Virus record (IMG/VR): IMGVR_UViG_3300012983_000034
Span: 1 to 64,000 of that record
Strand: one strand, 5' to 3'
DNA length: 64,000 nt
Source: a virus
Lineage: Duplodnaviria; Caudoviricetes
Part shown: piece by piece, positions 1-9,904 of the stretch
Numbering within the stretch: the stretch's first letter is position 1
Layout of the letters: every line of letters starts with the position of its first letter
The notes under the pieces: model-generated
Seen by the model: only the letters and a program-made list of their open reading frames with translations
What the model was told of the DNA's origin: nothing
Databases searched by the model: none
Position numbers and translations under genes: made by a program

Positions 1-1139
1 AAAATGAAAAATGGCTCAAAAAAATAACATAGAAAGGAGAATCTTTATGTTACTTGATGAATATGTAGAAGTCAGATGGAATCCTCAAAATATAAAATAT
101 TATCAATCCAAAGGATATGAATTTACAAAGAAAGGCGATTCTTTTCTTGTAAAAGTCGAAGATTTGTCTGATTCTTCTAGCGTTCGTGTAAGAGTAAAAT
201 GCGATTTTCATGAAGATGGATGTAAAGATATTTCTTATGTTAGATGGGCTGATTATACAAAAATTCGCAAAAGAAATACTACCAACAAAGATTGTTGTAA
301 TAATAGAAGATGCACCGAAGCAAAACTTAAGGAAACCAATATTGCTAAATATGGATGCGAAAGCCCTTTTGGTTCGGAGATTGTAAGAAATAAGACCAGA
401 GAAACTAATATTAAAAAATATGGTGTTGAAAATCCATTTTCTTTAAAAGAGGTACAACAAAAAATAAAAGAAATCAATCTTGAAAAATATGGTTTTGAGA
501 ATCCAGTTCTAAACCCAGATGTAAGAAATAAATCTATACAGACAAATTTAGAAAGATATGGAGCAGAAAATCCTTTTGCTTCTGAACAAATAAAAGAAAA
601 GATTAGAAATACAAATTTAGAAAAATATGGAGTTGAAGTGCCGACTCAGAATCCAGAAATAAAAGCTAAAGGTATAGCTACTTGCATGGAGAGATATGGT
701 GTACCGAGTTATGGTGCTATTTATAGTGCTGAGCATAAAGGAGAATTGAGTCCTGTCTGGAAAGGCGGAGTAGAATACCATAGAGTAGAAAGGTCTACTT
801 ATGAGTATAGAGATTGGCGAAAATCTGTATTTGACCGAGATTTGTATACTTGTCAATGTTGCGGATATAGAAATGGAACTGGATTAAAAGAAGTAGTAGA
901 GCTTAATGCGCATCATATAAAAAATTGGAAAGACAATGAAGAATTAAGATACGATGTGAATAATGGTATTACTCTTTGCGAAAAATGTCATACGAATTTT
1001 CATAGTATATATGGTAAAAGAAATAATACAGAAGAACAATTAAAAGAATTTTTAAACTTAGATAAAAAGATATGCTGAACTATCAAGAATAGAAATTGAT
1101 AGAACTATAGGATAAAAAGCCTATAGGTTAACACAATTG
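1..1139 (+). ncRNA. Group I intron (3' part; 5' end upstream of window) interrupting the terminase large subunit gene
   Basis: S-like element AAGATATGCTGAACT (~1067-1081), P9 hairpins (TATCAA/TTGATA; CTATAGG/CCTATAG) and a terminal G at 1139. Terminase sequence VGLSVFD resumes at 1140 with no RBS. An HNH ORF is nested inside. Confidence 0.8.
11..1078 (+). CDS. Intron-encoded HNH homing endonuclease with tandem (N)LEKYGVENP repeats (likely start at 47)
   Basis: C-terminal RDLYTCQCCG...AHHIK...NGITLCEKCHTNFH HNH/Zn motif; about six KYGxxNP repeats; stop codon overlaps the intron S element. Confidence 0.9.
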   Translation: MAQKNNIERRIFMLLDEYVEVRWNPQNIKYYQSKGYEFTKKGDSFLVKVEDLSDSSSVRVRVKCDFHEDGCKDISYVRWADYTKIRKRNTTNKDCCNNRRCTEAKLKETNIAKYGCESPFGSEIVRNKTRETNIKKYGVENPFSLKEVQQKIKEINLEKYGFENPVLNPDVRNKSIQTNLERYGAENPFASEQIKEKIRNTNLEKYGVEVPTQNPEIKAKGIATCMERYGVPSYGAIYSAEHKGELSPVWKGGVEYHRVERSTYEYRDWRKSVFDRDLYTCQCCGYRNGTGLKEVVELNAHHIKNWKDNEELRYDVNNGITLCEKCHTNFHSIYGKRNNTEEQLKEFLNLDKKIC

Positions 1140-1700
1140 GTTGGATTATCCGTATTTGATATGCTTATACAAGATATAGTTGACCCTACTACTGGAGAGT
1201 TATATCCAGCTCTTTCTTGTTGTAATGATAAGGCTATGGCAGAAAGGTGCAAAGTTAATAATGCTCCGAAAGTAATTTGGTCAATCAAAGCAAGCGCATC
1301 GTTTAATAACGAAGTTTGCACGTTGCTTCGTAGCGGCTTTCAAAATGGCAAAATTAATTTACTTGTTTCAGAATTTGAAGCAGAAGAAATTCTAAAAGAT
1401 AAAATTAAAGGCTTTGCAAAAATGCCAGCCTTTGAACAAATGCAATATAAATTGCCTTATATTCAAACAACATTGCTTGTTTATGAGTTGATAAATCTCG
1501 AATATGAGATTAAGGGTACAAATGTAAAAATAACCGAAAAAAGTGGTATGCGTAAGGATAGATATTCTTCTCTTGCGTATAACTATTGGGTTCAATGTCA
1601 ACTTGAACGAGAAATGTTAAGAAAACAAAAAACTGGGTTTAATGCTTCTGAATATGCGTCAAAGCTAAGAAGGTTAAATCATAAGCCTAATACATATTGA
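1140..1700 (+). CDS. Terminase large subunit, 3' exon (nuclease domain)
   Basis: TxLLVYELINLE...RKDRYSSLAYNYW C-terminal motif of SPbeta-like large terminases; lies directly upstream of the portal. Confidence 0.85.
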   Translation, partial: VGLSVFDMLIQDIVDPTTGELYPALSCCNDKAMAERCKVNNAPKVIWSIKASASFNNEVCTLLRSGFQNGKINLLVSEFEAEEILKDKIKGFAKMPAFEQMQYKLPYIQTTLLVYELINLEYEIKGTNVKITEKSGMRKDRYSSLAYNYWVQCQLEREMLRKQKTGFNASEYASKLRRLNHKPNTY

Positions 1701-1735
1701 TTAATAGTAAAATCTAAAGGAGGTGAGATAGCGTT

Positions 1736-3292
1736 TTGAGCAACAAGAAAAATAATACAAAAACTAAAGATGTTTCTATATATACAGAGTTGGATTATAA
1801 GAATGACCAAAATAAATTTGAGAAATCTATGAAAACAGGTAAGGTTGATTTCAGTAATTTTCAACGACTTATGATAAGAGATATTTGTACAAATACAAGC
1901 GTTACTGAAACTGGTTGTATAGGTGATATTAGCTTAAAAGATGTAGAGACTGCGCTAAAATATCCAAAACTAGGATGGAAAATTTTACTTGCAGTTTCAG
2001 AACAATTAATGCGAGTCTCACCACATTACTTTAGAATGAATAATCTATATTCTAATATGGCTTCATTTTGTTGGTGGATAGACTTATATGATGTCAAAGA
2101 AAATGTACAGATTGATAAGATAAAGAAATCTTATTCGACTCTTGCAGCAAAATTAGAGAGTATGAATTTAAAACACGAATTCTCTAAAATTATGAAGGTT
2201 ATACCTTATCAAGATATTTATTGTGGGTTGGTATTTGAAAATCAATCTGATTTCTTTTTTCAACAGATAGATTATAAGATTTGTGAACTATATCAAATTC
2301 AAGATGGATTATATAATTTTAGAATTGATTTGTCTCAAATTAAAGCACAAAATCTAAGCGCTTACCCAAATTACGTGCAAAAGGCGTTTATTGATTTAAA
2401 AGATAATATAATAAATCCGAATATTAGTGGACAGTGGTATACACCACCAGCAGATAAACAAGTTTGTTTTAAAATGAATAGTCAATGGTACTTCCCATAT
2501 CCTATCTTAATTGGATTGGTTAAAGATATTTTAGATTTAGACATTTATAAAAAATTAAAATTACAATCTGCTAGAACGGATAACTATAAGGCGATTGCGG
2601 TTGAGGTTCCAATTGATGAAAACTCGGTCGATAAACCGCTGCTTACTCCAGAAACGCTTGGAATTTTTGCAGAAATTAATAGGGAGAGTATGACGGACGA
2701 TATTGGGTTGTTACACACTTTGGGTTCTGATGCTACACCTATTAGTTTTAAAGATTCAAGCAATACAAGAAACAACGTGTCTGATGCTATTGATGAATTG
2801 TATAATTCTTCTGGTATTACAAAGGAGTTGTACAATGGTTCATCATCTGGAACCGCTGTTACATTTTCTATTGAAAATGATTCTGGTTTTGTTTATGGAT
2901 TATATAGACAATTTGAGCGTTGGATAAATCGTTTTATTAAAATTAGAAAATATAATAAGCCGACATTTAAGTTTCTATTTTACCTTTTAGATGTTACGAT
3001 TTTTAATCGTGATAATGTGTCTAAGAGATATAAAGAAGCTGTGTCGCTTGGCGCAACTTGTATAGACCGTTATTTAGCTACGCTTGATTTAACGCCCTCT
3101 CGTACATTAGGAAGTTTCATAACGCATCACGACATATTTAAATTTAATGAAAACTTTATTCCACTCCAAACATCTTATAATTCTTCAGTCGATAATAATA
3201 AAACTGGAAGACCTACAAATAAGAGCCAAAATAAAACTTTAGATGAATCTGGCGAAAAGACAGAAGATTTAGATTCTAATATTGACAGGTAA
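1736..3292 (+). CDS. Portal protein
   Basis: 518 aa, follows terminase; YRQFERWIN and C-terminal GRP motif typical of portals; AGGAGG RBS. Confidence 0.8.
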   Translation: MSNKKNNTKTKDVSIYTELDYKNDQNKFEKSMKTGKVDFSNFQRLMIRDICTNTSVTETGCIGDISLKDVETALKYPKLGWKILLAVSEQLMRVSPHYFRMNNLYSNMASFCWWIDLYDVKENVQIDKIKKSYSTLAAKLESMNLKHEFSKIMKVIPYQDIYCGLVFENQSDFFFQQIDYKICELYQIQDGLYNFRIDLSQIKAQNLSAYPNYVQKAFIDLKDNIINPNISGQWYTPPADKQVCFKMNSQWYFPYPILIGLVKDILDLDIYKKLKLQSARTDNYKAIAVEVPIDENSVDKPLLTPETLGIFAEINRESMTDDIGLLHTLGSDATPISFKDSSNTRNNVSDAIDELYNSSGITKELYNGSSSGTAVTFSIENDSGFVYGLYRQFERWINRFIKIRKYNKPTFKFLFYLLDVTIFNRDNVSKRYKEAVSLGATCIDRYLATLDLTPSRTLGSFITHHDIFKFNENFIPLQTSYNSSVDNNKTGRPTNKSQNKTLDESGEKTEDLDSNIDR

Positions 3293-3297
3293 TATCT

Positions 3298-4017
3298 ATG
3301 GAATATTGTGTTTATAAACATACATCGCCTAATGGCAAGTGTTATATAGGAATCACTTCTATGAATCCACCAGAAAAAAGATGGAAAAATGGTCGTGGAT
3401 ATAGACTGCATCAATATTTTTATAATGCAATTCAAAAATATGGTTGGGATAATTTTAAACACGAAATTCTTTTTGAAGGTTTAACTAAAAAAGAAGCCGA
3501 ACAAAAAGAAGTGGAATTGATTGCTCTGTTTAAATCTGCCGAAAGCAAATATGGATATAATATTTCTTTGGGTGGAAATAGCGTTGGAAAACATAGCGAA
3601 GAAACAAAAAGAAAATTGTCTGTTGCTGCTACTGGCAGAAGGCATACCGAAGAAGAAATTAGAAGACAATCCGAAAAACAAAAAGGTCACATAGTTTCAG
3701 AAGAAACAAAAAGAAAAATTTCTGAGGCTCAAAAGGGTAAACATAAAAATTTTACCGAAGATGGTTTAAAAAGATTGTCAAATTTCAATAAGGGTAGACC
3801 CTGTGCACAAAAGGCTTTAGAAAAAACCAGAAAATCCGTAATTTGTATTGAAACTGGTATTATATATGAATCTTTGCAAGATGTTGAAAACAAAACACAT
3901 ATTAACAGAAAGAATGTGGGCAAGGTGTGCAACGGTGGCAAATATAGGCAGACTGCTGGCGGATATCATTGGATGTTTTATAACGATTATTTATTGACGA
4001 ATAAGGAGGCGGTATAA
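3298..4017 (+). CDS. Free-standing GIY-YIG homing endonuclease with NUMOD3/NUMOD1 DNA-binding repeats
   Basis: YCVYKHTSPNGKCYIGIT; HSEETKRKLS and VSEETKRKISEA repeats; C-terminal VICIETG...TAGGYHW. Confidence 0.9.
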   Translation: MEYCVYKHTSPNGKCYIGITSMNPPEKRWKNGRGYRLHQYFYNAIQKYGWDNFKHEILFEGLTKKEAEQKEVELIALFKSAESKYGYNISLGGNSVGKHSEETKRKLSVAATGRRHTEEEIRRQSEKQKGHIVSEETKRKISEAQKGKHKNFTEDGLKRLSNFNKGRPCAQKALEKTRKSVICIETGIIYESLQDVENKTHINRKNVGKVCNGGKYRQTAGGYHWMFYNDYLLTNKEAV

Positions 4018-5549
4018 TGCAAAATAAAAATATATCCCTCCCCATTTCCTTCTCTGTCAATAATGAGATTTCAGATAAAAATAATAGATTTATTGATGTA
4101 ACAATTGATGTCCTTCATACGGGACTTAATTATAATGGAAGTATTTTTAATAAAGAGGTTGTCGATGAAAATATCGATACAATTAAAAATACTCCAATTT
4201 TAGGGTTTATTACTGAAGTCCCTTATGACGATAAGGATTTCAAGGGGCACGAATATATTATTGCAAAAACGGACAAAGATGGTGTTACACGAAAATACAT
4301 AGGAAGTGCCTATGGCGTAATACCTGAATCGTGTAATCCTCGTTGGATAACTAAGACAACAGATTCTGGTGTAGAACGAGAATTTTTACAGGTAGATGGT
4401 ATACTGTGGACAAAATTTAAAGATGCTACAGATATTATGATAGAGGATGTTGAAAAACCAGAAAGTATGGAGTTATATCCATATGATATTGATGGTTATG
4501 AGAATGAAGATGGTGACTTTGTATTTACCAAGTTTTCTTTTGATGGTTGCTGCATTTTGGGTTCGAAAGTTGAACCAGCGATGGAAAACGCAAAAATTGA
4601 AGTTCAGTTCACTATGAGTGACTTTGTAAAAAGCATTCAAAATGAACTTAACGATAAATATAGTGCATTCACAAAAATAGTGAATGACACAAATACTTTC
4701 ACCGAATCAAATCTGGTGAATGAAAAAACTAATGGAGGTGTAGAAATCATGGAGAATACTGATTTCGCTCAGACTTTGCTTAGTCAATTCGAGGACATCT
4801 CTGCACAAGTAAGACAACACGAAACATTTACAGACAGATGGGGTTATGAATGTGCTCGATATTATGCTGTGGATGTTCAGGAAAATGAAGTGATTGTAGT
4901 TGACGCAAAGAATAACTATAACTACTTTGGTCTTTCATTTACCGTGAATGGTGATAAGGCAGAGATTGACTTTGAAAGCGCAAAAAGAAAGAAGCTTCGC
5001 TACGAAGACTATGAAGATGGTTCTTCTATTGAGGGAGCGTTTGATTTCGGAAAGCATATTGAAGAAATCGAAAACAATGCCTTTGCCAAGGTTGAAGAAG
5101 CAAATGCAAAGGTTTCTGAAGTTGAGGGCAAAGTGTCTGAGTACGAAGCAAAGGTTTCTGAATTTGAAGCAGCAAAGAATGAGATTGAAGAAAAATATAA
5201 TCAAATTAATGCTGAGTTTGAAGAGATGAAACCAAAGTACGAGGAGTTTGTTAAGAATGAACAGATTCGTATTGAGGCTGAGTTGGACGCTCAGAAAGAT
5301 GCAGAATTCACTAAATATGAAGCCGTTTTATCTGACGATGCTGGCTTTGCCGCTCTTAAAGAAAAGAAGTCTGAAATGTCGGTCAAAGAGATTGAAAGTG
5401 AATTGGCAATTATGTTTGCAAGAAAGACTCTTGCACAGACAGATTTTAGCAGAACCAATGACGGTGCTATGACCGCTGGATTGATTGACAACGACGATAA
5501 AGATGGATTCGTTGAAACCAAATATGGTTATATTAAAGTTGGACGCTAA
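4017..5549 (+). CDS. Prohead protease/scaffold protein
   Basis: LHTGLNYNGS, ESMEL and CILG-PAM protease-like motifs followed by an acidic coiled coil; position between portal and capsid. Confidence 0.75.
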   Translation: MQNKNISLPISFSVNNEISDKNNRFIDVTIDVLHTGLNYNGSIFNKEVVDENIDTIKNTPILGFITEVPYDDKDFKGHEYIIAKTDKDGVTRKYIGSAYGVIPESCNPRWITKTTDSGVEREFLQVDGILWTKFKDATDIMIEDVEKPESMELYPYDIDGYENEDGDFVFTKFSFDGCCILGSKVEPAMENAKIEVQFTMSDFVKSIQNELNDKYSAFTKIVNDTNTFTESNLVNEKTNGGVEIMENTDFAQTLLSQFEDISAQVRQHETFTDRWGYECARYYAVDVQENEVIVVDAKNNYNYFGLSFTVNGDKAEIDFESAKRKKLRYEDYEDGSSIEGAFDFGKHIEEIENNAFAKVEEANAKVSEVEGKVSEYEAKVSEFEAAKNEIEEKYNQINAEFEEMKPKYEEFVKNEQIRIEAELDAQKDAEFTKYEAVLSDDAGFAALKEKKSEMSVKEIESELAIMFARKTLAQTDFSRTNDGAMTAGLIDNDDKDGFVETKYGYIKVGR

Positions 5550-5599
5550 GAAAATAATAAATAAAAAATAAATTTATATAATAATTGGAGGATTAAACT

Positions 5600-6127
5600 A
5601 TGGCAGTACATGTAGTTTGTGAAACCTCGAACCTTAGAGCTGTGCATTATGCAAAGCGTATTTGGGATGCGGTTTCTAAAGTTGATATTGACAATGGCAC
5701 ACTTGGCTATCTCGAAGATAAGGAAGATGGCGGTGTGATTTATGATTTTAATGCTGGTACCAAGGAGGGTGCTCCTGTGGTTCTTGTTCATATGCCTGAG
5801 TGGACTGAAGACACTTCTCGTATGACTAATCAGCGCAAGGACAAGTTTACCAATGTAGCAGGTCGTCCATTCCGTGCATTTGAACTTGCAGAGGGTGACG
5901 AGTTTGCTCTTTCTGCCGAAGGCTTTGTAGGAACTCCTGAGATTGGCAAGTATGTTTCTATTAATGCAGACGGAAAACTCGCTGTTGCTGATGCTCCTGT
6001 TGAGGGTGCCGCAATGGTTGGTAAAATTATGAGAAAGCGTCAAGTTGGCTCTACTCTTGTAACCGATGTTCGTACTTACGGCTATGCTCGTATGATGTAC
6101 ATGGTTAAAGTAGAGACTTTGGCTTAA
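5600..6127 (+). CDS. Capsid decoration/head protein
   Basis: 175 aa directly before the major capsid gene; high-expression codon usage; strong RBS. Confidence 0.6.
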   Translation: MAVHVVCETSNLRAVHYAKRIWDAVSKVDIDNGTLGYLEDKEDGGVIYDFNAGTKEGAPVVLVHMPEWTEDTSRMTNQRKDKFTNVAGRPFRAFELAEGDEFALSAEGFVGTPEIGKYVSINADGKLAVADAPVEGAAMVGKIMRKRQVGSTLVTDVRTYGYARMMYMVKVETLA

Positions 6128-6149
6128 TTTATTAAGGAGGTAATAGAAT

Positions 6150-7184
6150 ATGAGAACTAATTTCAGTGTAGAAGAAGCAAAGGTTCTTGACCTCGTTAAC
6201 GATTTGTCCAGAGGTGACTTTTCGCTTCACGTAGATAAGGAAAAATGTACTCGTGCTGACCTTGAGCAGCATCTGAGAGATAAGATTAATAACGAAATTC
6301 TGAAGGGTGCTACACTCTATCAGGCATTCCGTCGTAACAATATTGTTATTTTCGAGATTATTGAGGAGATTGTTAACCTTACTATCTCTAATGACTTTGC
6401 AGACATCCCATTTATGGACGCATTTGTAGAGTTTAAGAATCGTGCTCTTGGCGACAAGACTGCTTGGTACTCTGAGGGCAAGAGCTATGTGACGGTTGCT
6501 TCTTTCGCTGGCAATCACTGGGATACCAACCGTGAGGCTCTTGATGCAGGTGAAGAGTATACTCTTGAAAAGGAGTGGGTATATATCCACGTTTATGATG
6601 AGTTCGAGAGATTCCTTCTTGGCATCGCTTCTCTTGAAAGACTTACTGATGTAATTTATAAGTCTTTCAACAAGTATATTAAGGAAAGAACTTATGTAAT
6701 GTTCCAGAGCGTTATGGGCGTTGTTCCTGCTGAGTTCACTGCAAATGGCAACTCTGAAGAAGCAGTAGGCGATTTGTGCGACCTGATTCAAGCTGCTGGC
6801 GGCTATTCCAACCTTACCATTGCTGGTACAAATGGCGCTCTGAGAAAGCTGGCAAAGATTATTCCTGATAACTATTTTGCAGATTCTCAGCGTGAGGCTA
6901 AGGCAAAGACTGGCAATATCGGTGAGTGGGAAGGCAAGCGACTGATGGTTATTCCTCAGGTAATTAAAGAAGGCACTTTTGAACTCGCTCTTGACAACGA
7001 TACAATCTTTGTTATGGGTGGAGATGTTAAGCCTATTAAGGTTGAGTTCATTGGCGATACTCGTACTCAGAATGTTACAGACCATAGAGTTAATAACGAT
7101 ATGACTTATGACCTTCAGGTTCAAACACTCTTTGGTATGGGCTTCGAGCTTCCTCAAGCATTTGGATGCTTTAAGTTTGCTTAA
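6150..7184 (+). CDS. Major capsid protein
   Basis: 344 aa, strong codon bias, IGEWEGKRLMVIPQ motif, synteny. Confidence 0.8.
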   Translation: MRTNFSVEEAKVLDLVNDLSRGDFSLHVDKEKCTRADLEQHLRDKINNEILKGATLYQAFRRNNIVIFEIIEEIVNLTISNDFADIPFMDAFVEFKNRALGDKTAWYSEGKSYVTVASFAGNHWDTNREALDAGEEYTLEKEWVYIHVYDEFERFLLGIASLERLTDVIYKSFNKYIKERTYVMFQSVMGVVPAEFTANGNSEEAVGDLCDLIQAAGGYSNLTIAGTNGALRKLAKIIPDNYFADSQREAKAKTGNIGEWEGKRLMVIPQVIKEGTFELALDNDTIFVMGGDVKPIKVEFIGDTRTQNVTDHRVNNDMTYDLQVQTLFGMGFELPQAFGCFKFA

Positions 7185-7232
7185 TAATATAATTATATAA
7201 AAATATTTGGATTTTAAAAGAAAGGTGGTTGG

Positions 7233-7808
7233 TTGATTATGGGAAGAACCGCAACTAACTCTGCTGCAAAAAATAAAGATGTTGTAGAAAACAACGTTGT
7301 TAATGCAGTAGAAGAAAAAAATGAAGAAATGAAAGAAGATACAAAGAAATCGGTTAAGGTGGAACCCTTGAAAGATTCAGATGAGATTGAAGTAATTTCT
7401 ATCGTACCTAATGTTAGCTATAAGGATAGCAAGACGCTTGATATGTATGAGTGGAAGGATGTTGGTCATTCTGAATATATGACTTTTGAAACGCTTAAGA
7501 ATATGTGGAGAAATAATAAAGGGTATTTTAAGAATCTTTGGCTTAAGCCCAATGATGATAGAGTTATCAGTAAGTTTGGCTTGAATAAGACTTTTGAAAA
7601 GTATGAATACCTTATGGATGGTTCTAATTACATCAAGAAGAACATTGACGTAATTTGTGATGCTATTAAAGGAACTCCAAATGGTCTCAAATTTTCAATT
7701 TGTAACAAGGTTAAGAATCTTGTTATTAGTGGTGAAGTTACAGATATATTTATTATTAGAGAGCTTGAAAAGCGTTTGCAAATCGACCTGATTGAATTTC
7801 TTAATTAA
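7233..7808 (+). CDS. Hypothetical virion/assembly protein
   Basis: ORF with RBS directly after the capsid gene. Confidence 0.6.
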   Translation: MIMGRTATNSAAKNKDVVENNVVNAVEEKNEEMKEDTKKSVKVEPLKDSDEIEVISIVPNVSYKDSKTLDMYEWKDVGHSEYMTFETLKNMWRNNKGYFKNLWLKPNDDRVISKFGLNKTFEKYEYLMDGSNYIKKNIDVICDAIKGTPNGLKFSICNKVKNLVISGEVTDIFIIRELEKRLQIDLIEFLN

Positions 7809-7832
7809 TTAAATTTGTGAGGTAAGAGCGTT

Positions 7833-8294
7833 ATGTATACCCCTTACGAAAAACTATATGATAATCTCTTACCTAAATTTCGCAGTTATGAGATACCTCT
7901 TATGACTGTGGAAGAAGTAAAAGATTTTCTGCACGATTATCTTGTTCCAGCAATTTCACGGTTTCACGTTTGTAGAAAAGATTTAAACAACAGAGATGAT
8001 ATTATACAAAGGTTTAATGTTGAGTTGTCTGATATAGAGGTTGAGATACTTAGTAATTATTTACTTATTGAATATATTGATGCCGAATATATTAGAACGC
8101 CTTCGCTTTTAAAAGTGCAATTGCCATCATCTGATTTCAAGGTGTTTAGTCCTGCTAATTTTCTTGACAAACTTATGGCAATGCATAAAACCTATGTAAG
8201 CGAAAATGAAACCCTTCTTTCTCGCTATGCGTGGATGGGCGTAAAAGAATCAGGAATTAAACTTGGCGCTGGATATAAGAAATCAAAATTTTAA
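7833..8294 (+). CDS. Putative head-tail adaptor
   Basis: LSDIEVEILS...DFKVFSPANFL; position after capsid genes. Confidence 0.55.
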   Translation: MYTPYEKLYDNLLPKFRSYEIPLMTVEEVKDFLHDYLVPAISRFHVCRKDLNNRDDIIQRFNVELSDIEVEILSNYLLIEYIDAEYIRTPSLLKVQLPSSDFKVFSPANFLDKLMAMHKTYVSENETLLSRYAWMGVKESGIKLGAGYKKSKF

Positions 8295-8326
8295 ATATAA
8301 ATTAAATATGAATGGAGGTGGGTCGA

Positions 8327-9379
8327 ATGCAAAGTTTAGATAGATTTAAGAAAAAAATGAGTTTAAGTGGTGGGTCACTCAGAGAAGAAAGTATTTTTAA
8401 TACAAGAGAATTACTCAAAGAAACATTTGCAGATGACCCATCTTTTACCGACAACGTTTATTTTTGGAGACTTGGATTAAAAGAATATCGAAATGAATCC
8501 TCTATTGGCATTCGTTTATTTGGCAGAACTTTCTCCGCTGCAAATGGTGTAACTGTAAAATTTCAGTCGCCTTATAATATTCCTATAGTTGTAGGAGATA
8601 TTATTTATGACAGCAAGGAAGATGAATATTTAATATGCACAGAAGCATTTAATATTGATGATATAAATTATAAAGGTAAATTTACTCTTTGTAATTGGAT
8701 GTTAAAATGGCAAAAGAAAGATGGAACGATATTAGAATATCCGTGTTATGATATGAACTCAACTCAGTATAACTCTGGTGAACAATCAAATGCACATTTT
8801 ACTATTGGTTCATCACAACACATGCTCACATTGCCAAGCGATGAAAATACCATCGCTTTGAGTACGCCACAAAGATTTTATCTTGATAAAAATATGGATA
8901 ACCCCACTTCTTTTATTGTGACTCAAAACGATACAACGAGTCATAATTATGGAAAGAAGGGGTTGGTAAAAGTGACGGTTTATGAACATCCGAATAATGC
9001 CGATACCGATAGACCAGATTTAGGAATATGTGATTATATCGATATTAATACAAAAGAAGAACTTTGTTGTTGTATGGCTGCAAAAGCGGTTATTGAATGT
9101 CAGACGACGATTATTAAGTCTGGCGGCGATTCGCAAATTTTTATTGGTAAATTCTATGATAAAAATGGATGTGAAGTAACAGATGTTATACCGCATTGGG
9201 TTATAACTTGTGACTTCTCAGAAAAATTACAGATAAAGGAATTTGATAATTGTTTAAGCATTGGAATAGATGACGATTCATATATTGACGAAGAATTTAA
9301 GTTGACCTGTTCTGATGGCGATAGTGAAAGCGGCATTCTTTCCGATACTTTAATTATCAAAGTTGATTCATTGTTGTAA
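8327..9379 (+). CDS. Putative head closure protein with C-terminal Ig-like region
   Basis: VGDII, CNWMLKW motifs; synteny. Confidence 0.5.
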   Translation: MQSLDRFKKKMSLSGGSLREESIFNTRELLKETFADDPSFTDNVYFWRLGLKEYRNESSIGIRLFGRTFSAANGVTVKFQSPYNIPIVVGDIIYDSKEDEYLICTEAFNIDDINYKGKFTLCNWMLKWQKKDGTILEYPCYDMNSTQYNSGEQSNAHFTIGSSQHMLTLPSDENTIALSTPQRFYLDKNMDNPTSFIVTQNDTTSHNYGKKGLVKVTVYEHPNNADTDRPDLGICDYIDINTKEELCCCMAAKAVIECQTTIIKSGGDSQIFIGKFYDKNGCEVTDVIPHWVITCDFSEKLQIKEFDNCLSIGIDDDSYIDEEFKLTCSDGDSESGILSDTLIIKVDSLL

Positions 9380-9891
9380 TGTCTAATAGCTCAATTGTAA
9401 GAAAAGCAAAAAATAGAATTATTAAAGAATTTATCAAAGATAAAGATATTATAGCTGCTATTGATAGCGAAGATATAAAACCAAGCGAACCAGAAAAACT
9501 AATTGGAACACATATTTTTAATTATAATCAAAACCCACACACTCTAAATAAAGTAGGAACATTTATAACAATACAGGTTCATATACCTCAGAATTACTAT
9601 AGTGATTATCACGGCAATTCGGCTATTCACGTAAAGCCAACCATTGAAATATGGATAATTTCTCACGAGCAACATATGTCGGTAGACAATGTGCCAAAAG
9701 TTACGCAAAATAGAAATGATTATTTATCAGAATTGATAGATAATAAAATTAATGGTAAGAGCGGCTTTGGCATTGGAGATGTTAAGTTGATAAGTAACAT
9801 TGAGGGTGCTTCTCAGGCAGATTATCTATATAGAAAACTAATTTTTCAATGTTTAGATTTAAATTGGTCTTTCTGTGAAGATGAAGATTAA
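9379..9891 (+). CDS. Putative tail terminator/completion protein
   Basis: RNDYLSELIDNKING-GFGIG; coupled start/stop; synteny. Confidence 0.5.
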   Translation: MSNSSIVRKAKNRIIKEFIKDKDIIAAIDSEDIKPSEPEKLIGTHIFNYNQNPHTLNKVGTFITIQVHIPQNYYSDYHGNSAIHVKPTIEIWIISHEQHMSVDNVPKVTQNRNDYLSELIDNKINGKSGFGIGDVKLISNIEGASQADYLYRKLIFQCLDLNWSFCEDED

Positions 9892-9904
9892 AGAGGTTAT
9901 GTAG

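Noticed and set aside
3293-4017. Possible intron around the GIY-YIG gene
   Set aside because: No flanking non-coding space for a ribozyme core; portal and protease look complete
5546-7157. Minus-strand ORFs 5546-6043 and 6132-7157 (also 10652-11467)
   Set aside because: Shadows of highly biased capsid and tail tube genes
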